DNA from: a virus
Virus record (IMG/VR): IMGVR_UViG_3300025598_000020
DNA: 64,000 nt
Direction: 5' to 3' (one strand)
A model generated the notes under the pieces. The model did no database searches, was not told the origin of the DNA, and was given only the letters and a program-made list of their open reading frames with translations. Of the stretch, positions 55,297 to 64,000 are shown piece after piece. The position numbers were made by a program, and so were the translations under genes. Positions within the stretch are counted from its first letter, which is position 1. Each line of letters opens with the position of its first letter.

Positions 55297-58200
55297 TCAT
55301 TTATTATTTCCTTTGAGTACATCTATCTCTGCTTTGAGTTCTTTAATGGCCGCAAATGCAAGAGCACACATTTTTTCGTAATCTACTGCAAGAATTCCGT
55401 CATCTCTCAATCTTACCGCTAGTGGGAATACTGATTGAACGTCTTGTGCCACAACACCAAAGTCTTGTTTACGTACATAGTATCCGTCTTCACCACCACG
55501 TGCCTGAATGACTTCATCTTTCCAGTCAAATGTTTTACCACCAATTGTTGTGACTATATCAAGTGCATTTGAAATGTCTTGAATATTTTCTTTAAGACTT
55601 ATGTCTGAAGAATAATATGCAGTAATATTATTGGCCGCACGAATCTCACCAGATGCTCCAGATGCACCGGTGCCTACGCCAAATGAACCAAATTGAACAC
55701 TACTACTTGTTCCAAAATTACTAGAAATGGTGTTTGCCGCAGAAAAAGCACCATTAGCCTGCGTAAATGCTGAACCTGCATAAGAACTTGCATTGTTGGC
55801 CGCAGTAAATGCTGAATTTGCATATGAACTGGCTGCAGTTGCATTTGTGGTTGCAGTATTAGCCTGATTGTATGCTGAATTGGCATATGAACTGGCTGCA
55901 GCTGCATTGGTTGTAGCCGTATTAGCCTGATTGTATGCTGAACCAGCATATGAATTGGCTGCAGCTGCGTTGGTTGTAGCCGTATTTGCTTGTGTGTAAG
56001 CTGAATTAGCGTATGCACCAGCACTGTTAGCCGCAGTAAATGCTGAATTTGCATATGAGGCCGCAGAAGCAATATTCGTATTCTGTGTTGCATCTATAGG
56101 ATTTTGTACAGTATTGTTGGCATAGTATGTCACCAACTTACTTGTTAAACCATCAATTGCTAATTGAATTGTATTAGCAGTAGATGAAATATTACTATTA
56201 ACTGTAAATGCAATACTGTTCGCATAATTGGAAGCCCAATAGTAACTTCCTGAACCACCAGTTGTTAAAACATATCCAAAAGTTGCTCCTGTTGGTAAAA
56301 TGTTAGTTAATGCACCACCAGATGTTGTTGCACCGGTACCGCCAGATGTGATTGGCAACGCTGTGCTTAATGTTAGGCCATTAAATGTTGGAGATGCTGA
56401 TGTTCTCAGGTCTTGTGGTGTATTAACATACAGTGTGTTAACTTGTCCAGATACAACAACACCATTGTTACTAGAAAATGTTACTGCACCAGAACTGGCT
56501 GTTGCTGTGCCTGTAGTACCAAAGAATGTATTGGTTGAGGTATTTGCTCTAGAATATGCTGCATTTGCCTGAGAGAATACTGCAAGTATATTTGAAGATA
56601 TATTTGTATTCAGAGTTGATACGTTTGAAGATATATTTGTATTCAGAGTTGATACGTTTGAAGATATATTTGTATTCAGAGTTGATACGTTTGATGTCAA
56701 ATAATTCAATAGTGTATTTGCAACTGCTGATGCGGCAACTGTTGATGTACTTGTAGATATCAAACTATTGCTAATCAAATTAGCAGTCATAATCTGAGAG
56801 TAGTTTGTACCGTTGTTTACATCAAGTATATCCCAATATTTTGAACCTTCATTCCAACGAATTGATGCATTTGCACCAGAAGTTCCTCTATTTACATTTA
56901 ATGAAGCATTTTGACCTATTGTCGCATTTGCATTTAATACAAAAGTGTTACTATTGTAAACTGTAGAACCATTAATAACAAAGTTACCACCAATAGATAA
57001 TTGGTTTGAAACACTTAAATTATTAATAAAAGCTGTTGCATTATTGGCGAATAATGTTGAAGTAACATTTACTGTTGGTGTAGTAACACTAGTATTTGCT
57101 ACAACGAAATTTGAGTAAGATGTTCCGGTTACAGAAATTGCGGCAGTATTGATACCAGAATTTGCTTGTGTAAAATTAACATAATCTGTTCCAGTAACCG
57201 ACATCGATGCAGCATTAACAACTGAATTGGCTTGTAATACATTAACGAAACCTGTTCCTGTTGCAGAAAAAGTTGCTGTATTAACTGAAGTATTAGCCTG
57301 TACAGCATTCAGATAACCAGTAGTTGTGACACTTAATGTAGATGTGTTAACTAGTGTATTTGCTTGAACTGCATTTAAGTAACCAGTAGTTGTAACACTT
57401 AATGTAGATGTATTAACTAGTGTATTTGCTTGAACTGCATTCAGATAACCAGTAGTTGTAACACTTACAGTACCAGTATTGATACTTGTATTTGCTTGTA
57501 ATAAATTAGTAAATGTTGTACCTGTGACACTTAATGTAGATGTATTAACTGAAGTATTTGCTTGTAATAAATTAGTAAATGTTGTACCTGTGACACTTAA
57601 TGTAGATGTATTAACTGAAGTATTAGCCTGTACAGCATTCAGATAACCAGTAGTTGTGACACTTAATGTAGATGTATTAACTAGTGTATTTGCTTGTAAT
57701 AAATTAGTAAATGTTGTACCTGTAACACTTATAGTACTAGTATTGACACTTGTATTGGCCTGAACAATATTCAGATAACCATTAGTTGTAACACTTAATG
57801 ATGCGGTATTGATATTGGTGTTAGCCTGAATAATTGGCACATATAAATTTGTTGCACCAATAATTGTATTCGAAAACTGTGCGGCACCTGTAACAAATAT
57901 AGTATTAGAAATGCTGGTGTTTCCAGATACAGAGAGTGTACTACTTAGTGATGTGGCACCAGTAACACCTAGTGTTCCACCGACTGTTTCATTACTTCCA
58001 ATTGTTAATGTTCCAGATACGGTTGCATTATTTGCAACAGAAAGACCTGTACCAGAACCGTATGCGGAAATTTGTCCATTTGCAAAAAGACTTAATGCTG
58101 TGTTGGTGAAGTTAACTGTACCACCAACTCTAAGAGTGTTTTGAATGTATGCGGAAGAGCCAGTGCCTTGAACCTGGAATGCACCAGCAACAATAGCAGC

Positions 58201-58383
58201 AGTATTAACCTGTAGACCAAGAGAACCATCACCTAAAAATAATGTTCCAGATGGTTTTGTAAAATTGTTGGCCGCAAGGTCGTTATTTTGTTGTAGTAAT
58301 CCGTTAGTCGAAACCACCCAATCAGAGAATGTGTTGGCGTAACTTAAAACCGGAAATACTTGTGCTTGAGAATAATTAGCCAT
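55297..58383 (-). CDS. Tail fibre/spike protein with 22-aa beta repeats and C-terminal S74 chaperone
   Basis: NTSTLSVTTTGYLNAVQANTLV repeats; YYSSDISLKEN, GVVAQD. Confidence 0.85.
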   Translation of the reverse strand: MANYSQAQVFPVLSYANTFSDWVVSTNGLLQQNNDLAANNFTKPSGTLFLGDGSLGLQVNTAAIVAGAFQVQGTGSSAYIQNTLRVGGTVNFTNTALSLFANGQISAYGSGTGLSVANNATVSGTLTIGSNETVGGTLGVTGATSLSSTLSVSGNTSISNTIFVTGAAQFSNTIIGATNLYVPIIQANTNINTASLSVTTNGYLNIVQANTSVNTSTISVTGTTFTNLLQANTLVNTSTLSVTTTGYLNAVQANTSVNTSTLSVTGTTFTNLLQANTSVNTSTLSVTGTTFTNLLQANTSINTGTVSVTTTGYLNAVQANTLVNTSTLSVTTTGYLNAVQANTLVNTSTLSVTTTGYLNAVQANTSVNTATFSATGTGFVNVLQANSVVNAASMSVTGTDYVNFTQANSGINTAAISVTGTSYSNFVVANTSVTTPTVNVTSTLFANNATAFINNLSVSNQLSIGGNFVINGSTVYNSNTFVLNANATIGQNASLNVNRGTSGANASIRWNEGSKYWDILDVNNGTNYSQIMTANLISNSLISTSTSTVAASAVANTLLNYLTSNVSTLNTNISSNVSTLNTNISSNVSTLNTNISSNILAVFSQANAAYSRANTSTNTFFGTTGTATASSGAVTFSSNNGVVVSGQVNTLYVNTPQDLRTSASPTFNGLTLSTALPITSGGTGATTSGGALTNILPTGATFGYVLTTGGSGSYYWASNYANSIAFTVNSNISSTANTIQLAIDGLTSKLVTYYANNTVQNPIDATQNTNIASAASYANSAFTAANSAGAYANSAYTQANTATTNAAAANSYAGSAYNQANTATTNAAAASSYANSAYNQANTATTNATAASSYANSAFTAANNASSYAGSAFTQANGAFSAANTISSNFGTSSSVQFGSFGVGTGASGASGEIRAANNITAYYSSDISLKENIQDISNALDIVTTIGGKTFDWKDEVIQARGGEDGYYVRKQDFGVVAQDVQSVFPLAVRLRDDGILAVDYEKMCALAFAAIKELKAEIDVLKGNNK
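56591..56694. repeat. Three perfect 33-bp coding tandem repeats
   Basis: TTTGAAGATATATTTGTATTCAGAGTTGATACG x3, encoding an 11-aa unit (SNVSTLNTNIS). Confidence 0.9.
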
Positions 58384-58411
58384 TTTTGCCTTTGTCTATC
58401 ATTGCCTTTTT

Positions 58412-58609
58412 CTATTTATTCAACAACGCCTGAAGCATTTTCTTTATCTCACCCACATCGGACTTCAAAGAATTTAATTCTTCTTCCATCTGTTTCTTCT
58501 TTCTATATTCAACTAAGGCTGCATAATTGGTATTTAATACAGCCTTACTTTCCATATCTCTCACTAAGTGTGGGTGGTCTTTGACTTTTGCTATTTTCAT
58601 ATTCATCAT
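58412..58609 (-). CDS. Small hypothetical protein of T4-like phages
   Basis: KVKDHPHLVRDMESKAVLNTN plus C-terminal coiled coil. Confidence 0.75.
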   Translation of the reverse strand: MMNMKIAKVKDHPHLVRDMESKAVLNTNYAALVEYRKKKQMEEELNSLKSDVGEIKKMLQALLNK

Positions 58610-61600
58610 TATGCAGTCGCAATCGCACGGAAGTTTTTAATTTGTGGTGTGATTGATGGATTACTTGAATACATTACAACCTTAATTGCAAATGTATTGA
58701 AGTTGTTGTATAATGCACCAGTTGTAATATCATTATATGAAATATTCAAAGCTTGATATGTGTCTGTTGTAAATGTGGTTGCATCTGTGTAAACAACACC
58801 AGATCCTGGAATTAGAATTGGGTTCATTAACACATATGGATTATTGTCAAAGTTGTTTGCATCATTAGAATTTAATACTTTGTAATACACTTCAATCTTA
58901 GTACCAATTTGACGGTTAACATCCAAAACAACAGTTATACCAGTTGACTGGAAGTTATTGTTCAAAGTAACTCGGCGTGTGATGTAACGTGCGGCCGCAG
59001 TACCATTACCAAAACCACCCAATGATTCGGAAACTGTATTGGCAGAATAATATGGTTTGATGGTATTTTGAACAAGGATAGTGTTCAAACGATCCAAGTC
59101 AATAACTGGAGATGTCCATCTATCACTATTTGTAACAGTTGGTTCAACAATCAAGTCGCCAGCAGTACTGTGTGTTTGTCTTGCTGAGAAATTGTAGTTT
59201 TGATGTGGTACAACTTTTACAGCAGAAGACAGTGTATTAGCAGATAAATTAGTTGTTTTAACTGCATAACTGATTGAATCTATACCATTAAATGATAGGT
59301 CATTATTCATCAGTTGCAACAAATCAAAGTTTGCGGTTGTTGGTGCAGAGTTAGCAGTTACATCAAATGTCACAGTTCCACCAGCAAAATCACAAATCTT
59401 CAAGTTAAAACACAATGTCTCAGACGGTGCAGGTATCCATGTAGAAGCATTTTGTGACTTGAATAGAGAAGCTGCATAATTCAATTGCGATAATGTAGCA
59501 TTTTGGCCATAAATTGTTTGACCAACTTTAGATGAATACATTGTATAATTGTTGGAGTTTGTTGCAACCATCAATGAATATTGACCTGGTGCCAAATAAA
59601 TTGGATGGTCAAATGTAAATGTTGTTGAAGGTCCAATGTTATTAGTAATCGAACTTGATGAGGGAACATTGATATCGGCAGGATTCATGTAAACAACTGA
59701 ACCAGGAATCTCATTTACAGAATCAGGATAACCATTAACTGTTGGTCTGATACGAACAGAGACTGGAATTGTAGGATCAATAGTTGCGAAATACAAATCT
59801 ACTGATGATAAGAACACACCATTAGGATATTGTGCTGCATTGACATAGAAGTTTTGTGATAATGGATCGACTGCACCAGACGTGGCATTTGCTGTAGTAC
59901 TGGATGTTGCGGATGCAGTTGCAGAGGCTAAGACTTTTTGAACAATAGCCGAAGAAGCTGTTAGTGTTGAAGCATCAACACCTTGAGCAACAGCAGTTGA
60001 CCAAATTTGTTCTCCAAGTGAAGCTATTGATGATGCTAATGATGATGCTCCAAAACCTGAAGCGGAAGCATTTCCTGGAGCGGTTTCACCAGTTATTGAT
60101 TGTGCTGCATTTACAATAGATGTATATAATCCACCATTATCCGATACCAAAGCTCCTTGATACCCCGCAACACCTTGAGTTTTTCCTTGACCCGAAATGA
60201 TTGATTGTCCATCAATACAAATTTTGGTCACAACAGTTGTTAATGGATCGGTTGAACTACCAAATAATAAGGGTTGATAACCAGTATTTCCATCACTTCC
60301 ATTATCTGCTGGAGGACCTGGATCATTTGGCACATCAACAACTTGTGGTTGTGGTTTAGCTGTCGCCTGTGGTGGTCTTGTTGATACTACTGTTGTTTGT
60401 ACAGTTTGCAATGTTCCTTGTGAATAGAAAGAAGTTGTTGCATACGAATGTGATAGAGCTGGAGATATGATACTATCAGACCACTCTACTTTCAAAGTTC
60501 CTGTTGGAAATAATAAAGCATTAGCTGAATTATTTAATGAAATTCCAAGAATACTTGCGGTGTTTTGTGCTGCCGCAGTAACTCCATTAGGAATTGTTAA
60601 TGTGCCTGATGCACTACCATTAATATCTGTAACTAACTGTGAACTTTGTGTTGGTGCTTGTGCAGTCAAAATAGCTTGAACTGTATTGCTACCTGTTACA
60701 GTAACATTAGGTGTTGAAGTATAACCAGCACCAGTTTGTACTAGATTAACTGCAATAATTTGTCCACCAGATACATTGGCTGTAAAGACAGCTGGAGATG
60801 TATTTGCACCAGTAATACTAATAATAGGTAAGTTATTACCATTAGTGTATCCTGAACCAGCGTTACTAATTGTCAGATTGTAAACTCTATCTGTAAATCC
60901 TGGTGTAACAAAACCATCTACATTTATACCATTGATATATGTGTGAATTGGTGTAAATGGTACCATACCATTAACATTAAAAGATACTGGAACACTTCTG
61001 GCATAAGGAATAATTGCACTAGACAGAACTTGAGTTGTGGATGAAACTTGAATTGGTCCACCTTGCAACGCAGAAGTTAATCCTTGAGACTGAATTGCGT
61101 TGGTAATTCCAGTTGTATCTCTTGTGATAGAAGCTTGGTCACTGGAGTTTACAATAGTATCAGTTGGTTGACCGGTCCAGTTTAGTTGCCAATCGTTCCA
61201 TTGAGAACCATTGCCTGTTCCATTAACTGCAGCCGTCCATGCAGCTTGGTCTTCTGTTGTAATATTGATATTTGGTTGTGTGGTTGTTGAATACCATACA
61301 TCACTTGATGGTGAAATTGTTGCATCACCATGAAAACTATAAACATTAAATGGATTAACAGAAATAACTTCTGTAGCTACATTTTGATAAATTAGTGACG
61401 CTTCATCATAAGAGAAGGTGATTAAATTATTATTGATTGATAACTGGTTGTTTGTTTTATTGCCAGGTGAAGTTACAAAAGTACCTTGACTTTGGTTGAC
61501 ATAATAATTGGCAACATTAGATAAGAATGTTGGTCTTGCTAATTGACTAACAGGATCGATAGCAATTGCATAATCAGGATTTTTCACATCACCAACACTT

Positions 61601-64000
61601 GAACCAGTGAAACCATCAACCAAGTAACCATTCTTAAACAACAAGTTCAAACCAGTTGAATCGGTTACACTAGAACCAGTAACTTGATTTTCCAATATGG
61701 ACAGAGCCGTAAATTGTTCCAAATTACCAATACGTTTGTCTAACACACCAATATCACGCATGGAATATTTACGAATGATATTAGGTGTTACAACAATATC
61801 ACCTTTAGAGAATGTATATGGTGCGTAATTGAGTGTAAACAGCGTCAATGTTCCAGGAACATCAGAAGGTGTTACAGGATTTGTATAAGAACTTGTGCCA
61901 GTAATTGTTTTGAATTGACCATTAGGATACAATACAATCTTATCTGTTCTAGACAAATAATAACCATAAGTTGCTGTGATGAATTCATTAGCAAATGGTG
62001 ATGGCAATTGGAATGTACTTAAACCAGTTTGGCCAACACCATCTGTTCTACGTGGTCTAAAGTCAATAACATCTCTCAGATTATATGTGGTACCATACTG
62101 TTGAGATGTGAATGATGGAATATTTGGATAAGAAACAGGATATGAATTCACATCAAAGAATCCTGTACCACCTGAATGTGTAAAATAAGTTAGAGTTACA
62201 ACAACATTACCTTTTGCTGCGCCACTAATATTTGTGATTTTACCATGGTCATAGAATGTGTCTCTTTGACCATTGTCTAATGTGTAATTTGCAATATTGT
62301 TTGAAATTTGCGACCACACAGTTACAATTGTATTTGGTGTATTGGCTACATTGGTATTTGCTGTAGACATGTAAACATGACCATCAGTAAATGAAACATA
62401 TGTGTTGCTAGAATAAATTGCGGTATTAGACCATGCACCAACATAGTTGGCTGTGTTGCCTAACTCATAAACACCAACATAATTATAAACATCAGAGTAA
62501 CCAACATCAATTGCTGTGTTTAATGTATTTGCAGAAACAAGAACTGCAACATTTGCTTGTAGTGTTTTACTCTTGATTGTATCGTTTGTTACACCAACTG
62601 TTGCATAGATTGTAGCAGAACCACCAAATCCGCCACCAATATTGATTGTGGCTTGTGGTGTTGCAGCACTATTATTGATTGTGATAGTTACGTTGGCACT
62701 GTCCATTGGAATAAATTGACCAGCAGTATAACTTCCACTTGTTGATGTTGCTACAACAGCAAAATATTGTTGAGCTTGAGATGAACTGATTGTTCCTGTA
62801 CCTGGATAGAACTGTTCATTAGTACCATTTGATGTAATTGTATATGAACCGTTTGTAAAACTTGTAGCAGTAAAATATCTGCGTGTACTATAGTTTACAG
62901 AGGAAACATTTGAGATGTTTGTCTGTGGCAATGGGAAAATCAAAGATTGATATGTATTATCAACTAAGTTGGCTGATGCAACTGTATTTGCTGAGAATGT
63001 AACACTTGAATAATTGTTTGCAGAACCGGGGATAATGAATGATTGTACGTTTGAGAATGAGTTGTTGGCCAACTTGACATCAAACATAAATGCTTTATAT
63101 GCAGTGTTTGCCAAAGTGCCGCTATCATAATCAAAATCACGAATACGAGCATATCCAATTTTTGTATTTGTGTTGGCTGTGCCAAAATGCACATTGTGTA
63201 ATTCTACTTGTGTACCAACTTGGAAGTTAGGTATTTCACCATTCAAATTTTTAATTGTGGTGTAATTACCATAATATGTGTCAATTTGCTGGGCTGATAG
63301 AACATTGATATCTCTTGCTTTGCTCAATACATAATTTGTCGGTGCACGATGTTCTACTGGATAACCATTTAGATAAACTTTACCTGCACTAATTGAAGAA
63401 AAGAATACATTAGATGTTGCATTACTTCCTGGAACACTATCAACAACTCTTAGGTTAAAAGGTTTAACAATGAAATCACCAGAAGTATCAGATACAGATT
63501 GAGCAATTGCTGCCGAAACATCAGTTAACACTGGAACATTTACAATATCTTCAACAGTACCAGCATTAATTCTAACCAATTCAATAAATTTACCATTAGT
63601 TAAGTTACCAAAAGCAATTGTTTGGTCACTTACATATGGTTGTGATGCAAGTACAAGTTGAATGCTGTAACGATCCGCACCGGGAGCTTGATAGTTAGAT
63701 GCACCAATTGCAGGATCCAACAAAGAAGGATCGGATGTAGAATCTATAATTGTTTCTTCTACTGTGTAACCAACAACAACAGATGGATATACACTTAAAG
63801 AATTAGGAACAATAGATGATGCATATGATTCAACAAAAACTCCATTGGTGAACCAAACACCAGCATCAATACTTACTTCCATAGCCTTAACAGAAATGTT
63901 ATTTGTGATAACAACTGCTGCATTAGTTACATCACTTGTTAGTGGTTTATTTACTGTAAGTGATGAAGATGAATCAATAGAAACAACTGTGGCTAAAAAA
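58609..64000 (-). CDS. Very large virion structural protein (DUF4815/VrlC-like), 5' end beyond the window
   Basis: Frame stays open from 63882 to the window end; APGADRY, DNGQRDTFYD, DFRPR, PLSQNF, LFKSQNASTW. Confidence 0.85.
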   Translation of the reverse strand, partial: FLATVVSIDSSSSLTVNKPLTSDVTNAAVVITNNISVKAMEVSIDAGVWFTNGVFVESYASSIVPNSLSVYPSVVVGYTVEETIIDSTSDPSLLDPAIGASNYQAPGADRYSIQLVLASQPYVSDQTIAFGNLTNGKFIELVRINAGTVEDIVNVPVLTDVSAAIAQSVSDTSGDFIVKPFNLRVVDSVPGSNATSNVFFSSISAGKVYLNGYPVEHRAPTNYVLSKARDINVLSAQQIDTYYGNYTTIKNLNGEIPNFQVGTQVELHNVHFGTANTNTKIGYARIRDFDYDSGTLANTAYKAFMFDVKLANNSFSNVQSFIIPGSANNYSSVTFSANTVASANLVDNTYQSLIFPLPQTNISNVSSVNYSTRRYFTATSFTNGSYTITSNGTNEQFYPGTGTISSSQAQQYFAVVATSTSGSYTAGQFIPMDSANVTITINNSAATPQATINIGGGFGGSATIYATVGVTNDTIKSKTLQANVAVLVSANTLNTAIDVGYSDVYNYVGVYELGNTANYVGAWSNTAIYSSNTYVSFTDGHVYMSTANTNVANTPNTIVTVWSQISNNIANYTLDNGQRDTFYDHGKITNISGAAKGNVVVTLTYFTHSGGTGFFDVNSYPVSYPNIPSFTSQQYGTTYNLRDVIDFRPRRTDGVGQTGLSTFQLPSPFANEFITATYGYYLSRTDKIVLYPNGQFKTITGTSSYTNPVTPSDVPGTLTLFTLNYAPYTFSKGDIVVTPNIIRKYSMRDIGVLDKRIGNLEQFTALSILENQVTGSSVTDSTGLNLLFKNGYLVDGFTGSSVGDVKNPDYAIAIDPVSQLARPTFLSNVANYYVNQSQGTFVTSPGNKTNNQLSINNNLITFSYDEASLIYQNVATEVISVNPFNVYSFHGDATISPSSDVWYSTTTQPNINITTEDQAAWTAAVNGTGNGSQWNDWQLNWTGQPTDTIVNSSDQASITRDTTGITNAIQSQGLTSALQGGPIQVSSTTQVLSSAIIPYARSVPVSFNVNGMVPFTPIHTYINGINVDGFVTPGFTDRVYNLTISNAGSGYTNGNNLPIISITGANTSPAVFTANVSGGQIIAVNLVQTGAGYTSTPNVTVTGSNTVQAILTAQAPTQSSQLVTDINGSASGTLTIPNGVTAAAQNTASILGISLNNSANALLFPTGTLKVEWSDSIISPALSHSYATTSFYSQGTLQTVQTTVVSTRPPQATAKPQPQVVDVPNDPGPPADNGSDGNTGYQPLLFGSSTDPLTTVVTKICIDGQSIISGQGKTQGVAGYQGALVSDNGGLYTSIVNAAQSITGETAPGNASASGFGASSLASSIASLGEQIWSTAVAQGVDASTLTASSAIVQKVLASATASATSSTTANATSGAVDPLSQNFYVNAAQYPNGVFLSSVDLYFATIDPTIPVSVRIRPTVNGYPDSVNEIPGSVVYMNPADINVPSSSSITNNIGPSTTFTFDHPIYLAPGQYSLMVATNSNNYTMYSSKVGQTIYGQNATLSQLNYAASLFKSQNASTWIPAPSETLCFNLKICDFAGGTVTFDVTANSAPTTANFDLLQLMNNDLSFNGIDSISYAVKTTNLSANTLSSAVKVVPHQNYNFSARQTHSTAGDLIVEPTVTNSDRWTSPVIDLDRLNTILVQNTIKPYYSANTVSESLGGFGNGTAAARYITRRVTLNNNFQSTGITVVLDVNRQIGTKIEVYYKVLNSNDANNFDNNPYVLMNPILIPGSGVVYTDATTFTTDTYQALNISYNDITTGALYNNFNTFAIKVVMYSSNPSITPQIKNFRAIATA

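Noticed and set aside
56591-57800. CRISPR-like array from 33-bp and 66-bp repeats
   Set aside because: Repeats are contiguous, in frame within a fibre gene, lack unique spacers, and no cas genes are present

Overview
A 64-kb segment of a large T4-like myovirus genome. All supported genes lie on the minus strand. From left to right the window holds: (1) a tRNA array with 18 complete tRNAs, one partial tRNA and several unexplained structured or tRNA-like RNAs; (2) auxiliary genes (YkuK-like RNase H fold, HExxH peptidase, dCMP deaminase, rubrerythrin plus rubredoxin, Hsp20, peptide deformylase, DruA-like protein); (3) the replication/recombination block (regA, gp62, gp44, dsbA, gp45, gp46, gp47, gp55, uvsW, uvsY) with two free-standing homing endonucleases nearby; (4) the head, tail and packaging block (gp3, gp23, gp22, gp21, gp20 down to gp13); (5) a fibre region with three collagen-like S74-chaperone proteins, adjacent glycosyltransferase/2OG-Fe(II) oxygenase/methyltransferase genes, and long Ala/Asn-rich fibres. 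The most striking unannotated signal is at 3088-3266, just upstream of the tRNA array. A 34-codon leader peptide contains all 19 non-Met amino acids and is coupled to mutually exclusive antiterminator/terminator hairpins. This looks like a pan-amino-acid translational attenuator that would turn on phage tRNA synthesis when any tRNA becomes limiting. A second candidate system is a length-matched three-chain collagen fibre with its own hydroxylation/glycosylation cassette. All calls come from reading motifs by eye; no database searches were run.
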